A DNA stretch of 60,812 bases. It comes from Candidatus Thorarchaeota archaeon (GTDB lineage: Archaea > Asgardarchaeota > Thorarchaeia > Thorarchaeales > Thorarchaeaceae). The notes beneath the pieces are model-generated. The model ran no database searches and was not told the origin of the DNA. It saw only the letters and a list, made by a program, of their open reading frames with translations. Position numbers and translations under genes: made by a program. The stretch spans positions 1 to 60,812 of the forward strand of contig JAEOUM010000177.1 of assembly GCA_016839275.1 (NCBI GenBank), read 5' to 3'. Below, in pieces: positions 29,219-38,299 of the stretch. Each line of letters starts with the position of its first letter. The first letter of the stretch is position 1.

Positions 29219-29531
29219 CACTGAGAGATGATTTCTAAGATTATTACACCATAGATAGTTGAACCATCTGAGAGCCCCCTCACAATCAGACGCTTCCCAC
29301 CATGTAATGCAAATTCTTCAGAGTGATAGTCTGCTGAAAACAGCTTCACAAGGAAGGATTGCTGATAAATTTGTATTTGGCCCCTGCAGTAGTTGCTATC
29401 ATATATTGGTCAATATCCTTGATAGAAGCCTCACAATGTGATTTCATCCATAATTGTATTCAACATGACAAAACTGTCTTTTCGATAGTCACATCTTGTG
29501 ACTTCATCTAGTGACCCCCTAAAGTGGCTTC

Positions 29532-29543
29532 GCTATATATACT
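29532..29543 (+). promoter_or_regulatory. Candidate TATA box for the micro-ORF operon
   Basis: GCTATATATACT lies about 40 nt upstream of ATG 29574. Confidence 0.45.
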
Positions 29544-29573
29544 AATTCTGAGTAGTATTTCTTGTGAACTATT

Positions 29574-29678
29574 ATGGCTCTAGCAACCAACACCCGGAAC
29601 ATATCTGTGCTGAAGAATAAGACTGGTCGAGTTTACTCGACTGAGGCAATCACTTTCGCCTACCAGTATCGGAGGTAA
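29574..29678 (+). CDS. Microprotein, 34 aa: MALATNTRNISVLKNKTGRVYSTEAITFAYQYRR
   Basis: Translated by hand. It is a paralog of the next ORF, and its last codons (CGG AGG TAA) form the GGAGGT site for that ORF. Confidence 0.65.
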   Translation: MALATNTRNISVLKNKTGRVYSTEAITFAYQYRR

Positions 29679-29684
29679 AATATC

Positions 29685-29771
29685 ATGGCTCTATTGAGAA
29701 AGACAAGTAAGAATTCCTATAATAAGAGAATCTCTACTGACGCAATTACCCACGCTTACATGTACAGGTAG
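29685..29771 (+). CDS. Microprotein, 28 aa: MALLRKTSKNSYNKRISTDAITHAYMYR
   Basis: GGAGGT upstream; shares MAL and ST[ED]AITxAYxYR with the previous ORF. Confidence 0.7.
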   Translation: MALLRKTSKNSYNKRISTDAITHAYMYR

Positions 29772-29777
29772 ATTACA

Positions 29778-29885
29778 ATGGCATCGCAGAAATCATCTTT
29801 CGACAACCACCCTAGTACAACCAACGATAAAGCAAATAATCGTTGTTTAACAGATGAAGAAGTGCTCTTGCTCGAGGCGACCTGA
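29778..29885 (+). CDS. Microprotein, 35 aa: MASQKSSFDNHPSTTNDKANNRCLTDEEVLLLEAT
   Basis: Starts 6 nt after the previous stop, the same spacing as between ORF1 and ORF2, with AGGT upstream. Confidence 0.5.
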   Translation: MASQKSSFDNHPSTTNDKANNRCLTDEEVLLLEAT

Positions 29886-29918
29886 GCACTTCAAACTTGT
29901 TTTCAATACTTTGAATGA

Positions 29919-30521
29919 TTATGTATCAGCTTTCAAAATCCAACGCACAAGCTCCGAGTGCATAGAATTCTCTTTGATGAATTCGTCACGATATGAATTA
30001 CTCTTGAAGGCGAGAAGAATATTCTGCATACCAGCGTCAAAACCAATGATTCTCACAGCTCTGGCTAAAGCATTAGGCCTGAAGGCAATCGCTGTCATGA
30101 ACATAGAAATCGCGAAGATTGCTGTGAAGACTGTCACCCAGGGAGAAATAGGGCGCCCCCGTGATATTGAATCACCTAGGAACAACAGTCCAAAGAACAT
30201 GAAAGCCATAGCCAGTCCATCTACTATTAGACAGAGGGATTTGTATCGGTCCTCTCCCTCATCCGTGTAGTAATGATTAGCACAGACCTGGATGGGCAGG
30301 ACTTTGAGTGTGGGCTGTGGGATGCCTTGTTTTCTTCGAACATATGGGCTATAATAGGGATCCCATTCACGCCTCAGATATTGAGTTCGTCCTGTAACGA
30401 TAGTCATTCGAGATAGTAGTATTGCACGAGCCCCACAGATAGGACAGATTTTTGGAAATCGTGCTCTAGATAGGTCTACGCGAACTATGGGATTATCAAA
30501 GTAGTGCTTCTTTGGACTCAT
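29919..30521 (-). CDS. Hypothetical membrane protein with two TM helices and a CPIC...CANH metal-binding motif
   Basis: FPKICPICG, IQVCANH and two hydrophobic segments; AGGAAGGAG upstream. Confidence 0.75.
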   Translation of the reverse strand: MSPKKHYFDNPIVRVDLSRARFPKICPICGARAILLSRMTIVTGRTQYLRREWDPYYSPYVRRKQGIPQPTLKVLPIQVCANHYYTDEGEDRYKSLCLIVDGLAMAFMFFGLLFLGDSISRGRPISPWVTVFTAIFAISMFMTAIAFRPNALARAVRIIGFDAGMQNILLAFKSNSYRDEFIKENSMHSELVRWILKADT

Positions 30522-30628
30522 AATTTGTAGACTCCTTCCTGATGAAGAAAGAAAGAATCAGAATAAAGAGTGTATCGAACTCCGCTATACTAAAGAATTT
30601 TTAACACAGAGGATGTGGTCCTCAGAAT

Positions 30629-31198
30629 ATGTATTACGGAGAAAAGGTTAGACTCAGGGCTTTAGAGCTTGAGGACTTGGATTTAGTGATGGAGAACTGG
30701 AATAATCTTGAGATGAGACAGTTCCTAGCTACTGCATGGCCGATGTCAAAGAATGCAGAGAGAAAATGGTTGGAACGAGCGACCACTATGGATCCATGGA
30801 GAGATGGTGGAATGGTTCTGGCAATCGAAGACAAAAAGACACAGGAGTTCATTGGTACCGTGAGTTTTTTTGACATATCGAAACAGAGTCAAAGAGCCGA
30901 ATTTGGTATTGCGATTCATAATCCGGAGAACTTTGGAAAGGGTTATGGAACAGATACTATCAGGGTCATGCTATGGGTTGGTTTTCATATCCTCGGGCTG
31001 AACAGCATTTTCTTGATTACTTTAGATGAGAATGAACGAGCTCAGCGGGCCTATGAGAAGGCAGGGTTCAAACTTGTTGGGCGATATAGACAAGCGACAT
31101 ATATGATGGGCAGGTTCCATGACTTTGTAATCATGGACTTGATTCGTGAGGACTTTCTCAAAGAGTATCCACCAGGAACACGCGTTGGTGAGCCTTAA
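30629..31198 (+). CDS. RimJ/RimL-like GNAT acetyltransferase
   Basis: RLRALE, AEFGIAI, GKGYGT and NERAQRAYEKAGF. Confidence 0.92.
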   Translation: MYYGEKVRLRALELEDLDLVMENWNNLEMRQFLATAWPMSKNAERKWLERATTMDPWRDGGMVLAIEDKKTQEFIGTVSFFDISKQSQRAEFGIAIHNPENFGKGYGTDTIRVMLWVGFHILGLNSIFLITLDENERAQRAYEKAGFKLVGRYRQATYMMGRFHDFVIMDLIREDFLKEYPPGTRVGEP

Positions 31199-31329
31199 TT
31201 TTTAGAAAGAGTGAAAGGGAAGACAGCTCAGCGAAGCGTAACAACCAAAAGAGGGCTAGCTGATACGCGATTATGCCTATCAGGCTACTTATCACTCATG
31301 GGTGATTCCGTAAATTGGAGCAGTTCCCA

Positions 31330-33333
31330 ATGACCGACAAATCTCTTGAAAATCGTGCAATCAATACAATCCGCTTTCTCTCTGCGGATGCTGTAGAAAA
31401 GGCTAATTCAGGGCATCCAGGAATGCCAATGGGCGCTGCGGCGATGGCATACGCACTTTGGACTCGACATCTTCGGTTCAATCCCAAGAATCCCCATTGG
31501 TGGGATCGAGATAGGTTCGTGCTTTCAGGCGGACATGGATCCATGCTGCTTTATTCTCTTCTCCATCTGACTGGGTACGATGTTTCACTAGATGACATCA
31601 AGAACTTCAGACAGTGGGAGAGTAAAACTCCAGGGCATCCTGAGTGTTACAAGACTCCTGGAGTTGAAGTGACAACAGGACCTCTAGGGCAAGGATTAGC
31701 TAATTGTGTTGGGATGGCTATTGCAGAGGCACATTTGTCAGCTGTTTTCAACAAGCCCCAATTTGGGATAGTCAATCACAATATCTATGGAATAGTGACA
31801 GATGGAGACCTTATGGAGGGAATCTCATCCGAGTCAGCATCGCTTGCAGGACATCTGAAGTTAGGAAAGATAATTCTACTCTATGATGATAACAAGATCT
31901 CAATTGATGGTAGCACTGATTTGACATTTACTGAAAATCGTGGAGCGAGATTCGAAGCGTTCGGCTGGCATGTTCAGAGAATTGATAATGGAAATGACGT
32001 CGAATCAGTGGATGCAGCTATTTCTAAGGCAAAGAGCGACCCACGCCCATCTTTGATAATGTGTAAGACGCACATAGGCTTTGGTATGCCAAATAAGCAA
32101 GATACTTCTAAGGCTCATGGCGAACCTGCGGGTGAAGAAGAACTTGACGGAGCAAAGAATAACTTGGAGTGGCCTCTTACTCCTCGTTTCTACATCCCTG
32201 ATGATGTTCTAGGTTTTTTCCGAGAAGTTGGTGACAGAGGTTCGCTACTGGAATCTGAGTGGCAATCTGTTTTTGATACATATACAAAAGATTGCCCTGA
32301 AATGGCCGCTGAATTCACTAGACGAATGAATGGTGAGTTGGTACCAGGATGGGATGATAATCTTCCTATCTTTCCTGCAGAAGGAAAAGGATTGGCTACA
32401 CGTGTGGCTTCGGGAAAGACAATTAATGTTCTTGCAATCAAGCTTCCTGAACTAGTGGGTGGGTCAGCAGACCTGACACCATCGAACAAGTCATGGATTG
32501 ATGGAAGTCCATCATTTCAAGCCAAAAGCCTGAACGGTCGAAATATTCACTACGGAGTACGTGAGCATGCAATGGGAGCGATTGTAAATGGTATCGCAGC
32601 TCACGGAGGCTTTCTACCATTCTCAGCTACATTTCTTATGTTCGCAGATTATATGCGCCCAGCAATACGACTCTCTGCACTGTCTGGACATCATAGTATT
32701 TGGATATTCACTCATGATAGTATTGGTGTAGGAGAGGATGGTCCCACACATCAGCCAGTAGAACATCTAGCAGCGCTTCGTGCAATCCCCAATCTAGTCG
32801 TAATTAGACCAGGAGATGCAAATGAAGTAGTCGAAGCATGGAAAGTGGCAATCTCTAACAGGAGAGGCCCGACCCTTCTTGCCTTGACTAGGCAGAATGT
32901 TCCAATAATTGACAGGGCAAAATATGCAGCTGCATCTGGTGCAAGTAAGGGAGCGTATGTACTTGCAGACCTTGGCAAAGAGCCAGAGATAATTCTAATG
33001 GCATCGGGTTCAGAGCTAGACTTGATCATTCATGCTGGAGAAGAACTTCAAGAACAAGGTGTTAACGTACGACTTGTATCATTCCCGAGCTGGGAGTTAT
33101 TCAAAACGCAGAGTCAAGAATATCGTGAATCTGTTCTACCTCCGAAGATAAAGAAACGCTTAGTCGTGGAAGCAGGAGTGGCTCAAGGATGGGAACGTTG
33201 GGTGGGAGATAATGGAAAGTATCTATGTATTGATACATTTGGTTCATCGGCACCTGCAGAAGTACTATTTGAAAAATACGGATTCACAGTTGAAAATGTC
33301 ATTAAACATGCCCAAGCTCTTCTTAATGAATAA
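31330..33333 (+). CDS. tkt: Transketolase, full-length bacterial type
   Basis: [48 protein letters not shown] and [10 protein letters not shown]. Confidence 0.96.
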   Translation: MTDKSLENRAINTIRFLSADAVEKANSGHPGMPMGAAAMAYALWTRHLRFNPKNPHWWDRDRFVLSGGHGSMLLYSLLHLTGYDVSLDDIKNFRQWESKTPGHPECYKTPGVEVTTGPLGQGLANCVGMAIAEAHLSAVFNKPQFGIVNHNIYGIVTDGDLMEGISSESASLAGHLKLGKIILLYDDNKISIDGSTDLTFTENRGARFEAFGWHVQRIDNGNDVESVDAAISKAKSDPRPSLIMCKTHIGFGMPNKQDTSKAHGEPAGEEELDGAKNNLEWPLTPRFYIPDDVLGFFREVGDRGSLLESEWQSVFDTYTKDCPEMAAEFTRRMNGELVPGWDDNLPIFPAEGKGLATRVASGKTINVLAIKLPELVGGSADLTPSNKSWIDGSPSFQAKSLNGRNIHYGVREHAMGAIVNGIAAHGGFLPFSATFLMFADYMRPAIRLSALSGHHSIWIFTHDSIGVGEDGPTHQPVEHLAALRAIPNLVVIRPGDANEVVEAWKVAISNRRGPTLLALTRQNVPIIDRAKYAAASGASKGAYVLADLGKEPEIILMASGSELDLIIHAGEELQEQGVNVRLVSFPSWELFKTQSQEYRESVLPPKIKKRLVVEAGVAQGWERWVGDNGKYLCIDTFGSSAPAEVLFEKYGFTVENVIKHAQALLNE

Positions 33334-33481
33334 GAAAAAACAAGCTCCATGAATCTTTACAAGGTTTCATAAACCTTCTATCGCAATTTAGAGGTCTTAT
33401 AGTTCTATTTAGTATCCCAAAACACATTGCTAAGCAATATTTGCTATATATACAGAATTCACAGCATACCTCGGTGATCTA

Positions 33482-34432
33482 ATGGACACTTACAAAAAAG
33501 TCATTCTAGCGACCTTTGCAGTACTGATGATGGGGATTGGCATGCCCCTAGCTGCTGCTCAAGGTAATAGTGTAGAGTATCAGTATTCAGCAGGTATCGT
33601 TACCCTGACTACAGATGATATCTCTATCAAAGTTACAGGAAACAATCAAGCCCCACACTTTCACTGGTGGGATCCGAACACCCCCACAGTTGACTATCAT
33701 GTTATGTTTGTGAAGATGTTTGAGGCTAATGATACCAATGCAGATGGAGCCTACACGAATGGTACAGACCACATGATTGGTGCACCCCTTGCCCTCCCAA
33801 CTATTGGATGGGAATTCAGTGATTTTGTAATTGATGAAGAAGGCGATAACATCACTGCTGTCCACTTCAATTTCACAACTACAACTGAGTTTGATCCCCG
33901 ACCTGAGGGTGTTGGAATGGACTATGGTAGCCTTCCAAGTCTTCCAGCATTCAATGTAACAATTGAGGTGAGAGTTCATCTCAATTTGTCCACACCTGGT
34001 GAGATGAAATTCGATCTGATTGTTGGAGGATGGGAATGGACCTATGAAGACTCAATTCTTGTGCTTCAGTTCAACCTTACTGAGAGCGACCATGGCGAAG
34101 TCCAAGGAGATAGAGATCCATCAGGATTCCACAAGACTGGAACGATGTTCCAATTCGAGAATGGATACTTTGAATATGAAGAGACCGCTCTTGCAGCAAA
34201 TAACTCACTTCAAGTCAAAGCAAGCTATGGGGAAGGCACTGGACTAGAGGCTGGTCAAGCAATCTACCTTGCCTTCGAGAACTTTGGTAATGAAACACTA
34301 GAGTACGATCCTATACTCGGAATTGAATCCTCAACTTCCACAGGAATTGTACTAGATCCAATGACACTCGCATTGATTGGTGGAGCAGTTGTAGTTCTTC
34401 TGCTTGTTGCAGTCATCATCAGGCGACGATAG
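33482..34432 (+). CDS. Secreted, C-terminally anchored beta-rich surface glycoprotein, hypothetical
   Basis: Signal peptide ending AAAQ, nine N-x-S/T sequons counted, and a C-terminal TM followed by RRR. Confidence 0.8.
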   Translation: MDTYKKVILATFAVLMMGIGMPLAAAQGNSVEYQYSAGIVTLTTDDISIKVTGNNQAPHFHWWDPNTPTVDYHVMFVKMFEANDTNADGAYTNGTDHMIGAPLALPTIGWEFSDFVIDEEGDNITAVHFNFTTTTEFDPRPEGVGMDYGSLPSLPAFNVTIEVRVHLNLSTPGEMKFDLIVGGWEWTYEDSILVLQFNLTESDHGEVQGDRDPSGFHKTGTMFQFENGYFEYEETALAANNSLQVKASYGEGTGLEAGQAIYLAFENFGNETLEYDPILGIESSTSTGIVLDPMTLALIGGAVVVLLLVAVIIRRR

Positions 34433-34446
34433 AATCAAGTTGGTGT

Positions 34447-34482
34447 GGAAGCAGAAACCCTGCTTCCCTCTTTTTTTCTTTC
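34447..34482 (+). terminator. Hairpin plus oligo-T terminator
   Basis: GGAAGCAG-AAACC-CTGCTTCC followed by CTCTTTTTTTCTTT. Confidence 0.7.
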
Positions 34483-34590
34483 ACTAGTTCAACTAACTAA
34501 AGCTATCTTACTCAGCAAGCGCGCTAACCAAAAGATATATAGTTCGGCTCCTAACAATTAGGGCACGAACTAGTTTGGGGCTGAATCAGT

Positions 34591-35064
34591 ATGAATGATG
34601 AAGTAATCAGGGAAATGTGTCTTAATCTCTTGGATGTTGGATGGCCAGCATATGTTACGACAATAGACAAAGAAGGATTTCCACAGACACGAGCTATGTT
34701 TAACCTCAGGAACAAAGAGAGGTTTCCAAAATTGGTACCCTTCTTTGAACAGCAAGAAAATGATTTCATTATGATTTTCACTACGAATACATCCTCGCCA
34801 AAGATGGAGGACATTGAAACAAACAAGGCTGTTTCAGCATACTACTGCGATCCAGAAACGTGGAGAGGTGTAATGTTTAGTGGTCTGATTGAGATTGTTA
34901 CAGATCTCGATATCAAGAAATCAATCTGGCATCCGGAGTGGTCTAAGTACTATTTATCGGGATATGATGATCCAGACCATACTGTTCTTCGTCTCATTCC
35001 GGTAATGGCTAAGGGGTGGACTGGTAGCCGAACATTCAAACTGGAACTCGGTGATTCAAAATGA
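34591..35064 (+). CDS. Pyridoxamine 5'-phosphate oxidase-like (general stress protein 26) FMN-binding protein
   Basis: TIDKEGFPQTRAM, FTTNTSSPK and W...Y..G.DDPD. Confidence 0.85.
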   Translation: MNDEVIREMCLNLLDVGWPAYVTTIDKEGFPQTRAMFNLRNKERFPKLVPFFEQQENDFIMIFTTNTSSPKMEDIETNKAVSAYYCDPETWRGVMFSGLIEIVTDLDIKKSIWHPEWSKYYLSGYDDPDHTVLRLIPVMAKGWTGSRTFKLELGDSK

Positions 35065-35525
35065 TGTCACAACGAGCTGGAGGATTTCTCATAACTCAGA
35101 TTCACCACTTGGGAAGAAGAGTGTTCACTGAACTGCTAAAGCAGCATGAGATAGACATAGGTCCAGGACAAGGCAGAATTCTCTTTGCATTATGGCAGAA
35201 GGATGGTGTTCCTATCAATGACCTAGTGGAGCGGACTCTTCTAAGGAAATCGACACTTAGTGAGCTTCTGGACAATCTTGAGAAGGCTGAATACATCCAG
35301 CGTGAACAATCAGATGAGGATAGAAGAAAAATCATAATTAAACTGACAGAGAGGACACAAAAACTCCAGAAAATATACATCAATCTCTCAGTGGAGATGA
35401 CGAAACTCTTCTACAGAGGATTCTCTGATGATGAGATTGACGAGTTTGAGGCGATGCTCCGACGAATTCTTGATAATCTGATTCCTCATGATTCCGAAGG
35501 AAACGCAGAAGGAGAAGACCTCTGA
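35061..35525 (+). CDS. MarR family transcriptional regulator
   Basis: QGRILFALW, KSTLSELLDNLE and DRRK...LTE. Confidence 0.92.
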   Translation: MMSQRAGGFLITQIHHLGRRVFTELLKQHEIDIGPGQGRILFALWQKDGVPINDLVERTLLRKSTLSELLDNLEKAEYIQREQSDEDRRKIIIKLTERTQKLQKIYINLSVEMTKLFYRGFSDDEIDEFEAMLRRILDNLIPHDSEGNAEGEDL

Positions 35526-35545
35526 CCAGCAGGAGTTCCTGTGAG

Positions 35546-36355
35546 ATGAGCAGAGTCATATTATTGGGAACTGGAACACCCAACCCAGATCCAGATAGAT
35601 ATGGACCTTCAGTTGCAATACTTGTGGACAAGTCTGCATACATCATTGATTTTGGACCGGGTGTTGTCAGACGTGCAATAGCAGCAGGAATCCATCCATC
35701 ACAAATGACCTGTGCATTTCTGACACATCTACATTCAGACCACACAACTGGGTTTCCAGACCTGATTTTCAGTCCTGCAGTAGTAGGAAGAACAGAACCA
35801 TTGGAGGTCTTTGGGCCGCCAGGACTCTCACGGATGACCAACCATATTATGGTAGCATATAGTGAAGATCTAAGGGAACGGGGAACATGGTCTGCACTCT
35901 CTAATGAGAGAGGATACATAGTGAATACACATGAGATAGGAGAAGGCACAATCTATCATGATGATGATACTGCAGTTGAAGCCTTTCGTGTGGATCATGG
36001 TTCCTTGGAAGCCTATGGATTCAAGTTTCTAGTAGAGGATAGGACAATTGTGATTTCGGGGGACACACGCCCGTCACCGGCTCTTATAACAAAGGCAATG
36101 GGATGTAACATTCTAATACATGAAGTGTATACAGCAGAGGGATTAAAGGACCGTCCAAAAGAGTGGCAGAAATATCACTCAAAAGTTCATACCTCCACTT
36201 ATGAGCTTGCAGAGATTGCCAATTTGATAAAGCCGGACCTACTTGTGCTGTACCACCAACTCCATTGGACTCGTACGGATGATGAACTATTGTCAGAAGT
36301 GACAGAGAGATACGATGGGAGAGTTATTTCTGGAAAAGACTTGGATGTCTTTTGA
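35546..36355 (+). CDS. MBL-fold metallohydrolase (RNase Z/AtsA-like)
   Basis: LLGTGTP, THLHSDH, SGDT, LIHE, HTST and LYH. Confidence 0.9.
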   Translation: MSRVILLGTGTPNPDPDRYGPSVAILVDKSAYIIDFGPGVVRRAIAAGIHPSQMTCAFLTHLHSDHTTGFPDLIFSPAVVGRTEPLEVFGPPGLSRMTNHIMVAYSEDLRERGTWSALSNERGYIVNTHEIGEGTIYHDDDTAVEAFRVDHGSLEAYGFKFLVEDRTIVISGDTRPSPALITKAMGCNILIHEVYTAEGLKDRPKEWQKYHSKVHTSTYELAEIANLIKPDLLVLYHQLHWTRTDDELLSEVTERYDGRVISGKDLDVF

Positions 36356-36436
36356 AAAGAAATCGAATTAGTAGGAATAATGGATAAAATATACCAGAGA
36401 TGAGGAGTCAACAATAATTGTCGAGAGGCGAATGTT

Positions 36437-36463
36437 ATACACTTCGACGATGATGACGAGTAG
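36437..36463 (+). other. Possible ultra-short acidic ORF (I/M)HFDDDDE, a degenerate relative of the 40425 peptide
   Basis: Context TTGTCGAGAGGCGAA..TTCGACGATGA..TAGTAA resembles TTGCCGAGAGGTGAA..TTCGATGATGA..TAGTAA at 40407-40511. It would need an ATA start. Confidence 0.25.
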
Positions 36464-36509
36464 TAATCGTTCCCTCACTAGTCTGTACTAGTTTACTATA
36501 CTCTTTATT

Positions 36510-36540
36510 GACGGGGCAGTGCTGAAAGCAAGCCCCCGTC
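36510..36540 (+). other. GC-rich hairpin in intergenic DNA
   Basis: GACGGGGC-AG-TGCT-GAA-AGCA-A-GCCCCCGTC. Confidence 0.45.
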
Positions 36541-36666
36541 TTATGTATTCTTCAAGACAATTAAGAAATTCTAGAGAATACGCTTTCTAAGGTCCGAGCT
36601 AAACCAAACCTCTCATAGATATAATAAACGAAGTGTCGAACACAACGATTCTTGGGAGGTGAAATA

Positions 36667-36696
36667 ATGCTATGTAACAAGAGTGCCTTTATGTAG
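36667..36696 (+). CDS. Putative leader peptide MLCNKSAFM (uORF)
   Basis: GGAGGTGA 4 nt before the ATG; double stop TAG TAG; ends 37 nt before the MFS start. Confidence 0.45.
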   Translation: MLCNKSAFM

Positions 36697-36733
36697 TAGT
36701 TTGATGGACAAAGCTCCTTCGGGTGAAAAGCGA

Positions 36734-38266
36734 ATGAGCTCTGACGATGATTCATTGACTCAAGACCAGAGAGAACTGGGCTTGCGAAAAATGACATGGC
36801 AGGGCATTACAAGCCAGGTTAGGATAACACTCACTGAAAGTGTGTTTCTTGTAGGATTTGCTGTTACCGTTTTAAACGCCCCCAACACACTAATCGGAAT
36901 TTTGGCGGCTATTCCATTCTTAGCTCAGTTGCTTCAAATACCCTCAGTCTATATAATCCATAGAGCAGGAAAAAGAAAGACTGTCAATGTTATCACTCAA
37001 TTGGGGAACAGATTGGCTATTCTAGGGATGGCATTGATTCCATTTTTCTCAGCATCTGATTTTCGGCTCATCCTCTTAGTTATTTTCGTAGCAATTCAAG
37101 CCATCTTCAATGGTATTGGTTCTCCAAGTTGGAACTCATGGTTAAGAGACTTGGTGCCAGTCGACCGGTTAGGTAGATTCTTTTCTGTAAGGATGGCAGC
37201 AACAGGACTGGTCGCTATAGTTGTATCTTTGTTAGGCGGACAGTTTATTGGACTCTGGACTGACATATACATTCAGGATCCAAGTATAGGATACTCACTT
37301 CTATTCTTCATTGCGTTTCTGTTTGGTATGATTGCGGTTTATTTCACTGCTACAACTCCAGAGCCTAGATTAATCGTTCCTGATCGTGGGCAGAAGTTCT
37401 CGCAGCTAGTAGCGAAACCATTCAAGGATGAGAATTTCAAACACCTGATTTGGTTTTCAGTTGTCTGGACATTTAGCACTGCTCTTGTGTCACCATTCTT
37501 TACAGTCTATTTACTTAGCCGTGCTGGATTGCAATTACCAGCGATTACAATACTAGTTGCTATTACACAGCTTGTCAGTATTGTGTTCTTCAGGTTCTGG
37601 GGAAGGCTCTCGGATCGGTTTAGTAACAAATCAATCCTGCAAGTATCATCGCCTCTCTTTATCATTAGCACGCTAATGTGGACATTCACAGCGATGGCAG
37701 ATTTCTATTCCATGAAAATCCCCCTCTTGATTCTAATACACATTGTTTCCGGATTCTCCTCAGCAGGAGTGAACCTAGCAACCAGCAACATAGGCCTGAA
37801 ACTCGCACCAAGAGGCGAAGCCACATCATACTTAGCATCGAGAGGGAGTGTGGTTGCTGTGGCAGGAGCCGCAGCTCCCCTTATTGGTGGCGCTTCAGCA
37901 GACTTTTTCACGCAATACGGATTCCGACTTGATCTCACATTCACTTTCCCGGGCGGTAGCTTTAGCAACTTTCCAGCTTATGATATCACGGGACTTGATT
38001 TCATATTCATCATTTCAGCTATAATCGGATTTTACTCGATGTATAGATTGTCTAAAATTAAGGAAATTGGTGAAGTGGATGAACGTATCGTTCTTGAAGC
38101 AATACTTGAAGAAACTCGAAGAAATGTCAGGACACTGTCTACAGTAGATGGCCTAAGGCAAACATTCCATATTCCTGTATCGGAACGGCCAGACTCAATG
38201 AAGAGAAGAAAGAAGAAAAGAGTGATCGAAGAGCAAAGAGATGATTCTAAGAAAGAAATTGAGTAG
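36734..38266 (+). CDS. MFS transporter
   Basis: Multiple TM helices, WNSWLRDLVP..GRFFS and WGRLSDRFSNK. Start placed at MSSDDD after GGGTGA; the ORF is open to 36683. Confidence 0.88.
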   Translation: MSSDDDSLTQDQRELGLRKMTWQGITSQVRITLTESVFLVGFAVTVLNAPNTLIGILAAIPFLAQLLQIPSVYIIHRAGKRKTVNVITQLGNRLAILGMALIPFFSASDFRLILLVIFVAIQAIFNGIGSPSWNSWLRDLVPVDRLGRFFSVRMAATGLVAIVVSLLGGQFIGLWTDIYIQDPSIGYSLLFFIAFLFGMIAVYFTATTPEPRLIVPDRGQKFSQLVAKPFKDENFKHLIWFSVVWTFSTALVSPFFTVYLLSRAGLQLPAITILVAITQLVSIVFFRFWGRLSDRFSNKSILQVSSPLFIISTLMWTFTAMADFYSMKIPLLILIHIVSGFSSAGVNLATSNIGLKLAPRGEATSYLASRGSVVAVAGAAAPLIGGASADFFTQYGFRLDLTFTFPGGSFSNFPAYDITGLDFIFIISAIIGFYSMYRLSKIKEIGEVDERIVLEAILEETRRNVRTLSTVDGLRQTFHIPVSERPDSMKRRKKKRVIEEQRDDSKKEIE

Positions 38267-38299
38267 AATGATACGCTAGTAAGAGCTACGATTCATAGT

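Noticed and set aside
29221-29520. Minus-strand frames interrupted by TGA (possible selenoprotein or pseudogene) and a loose CATCT..CCCCCT repeat
   Set aside because: No recognisable protein motif, several stops and a frame change are needed, and the repeat is too short to be significant.
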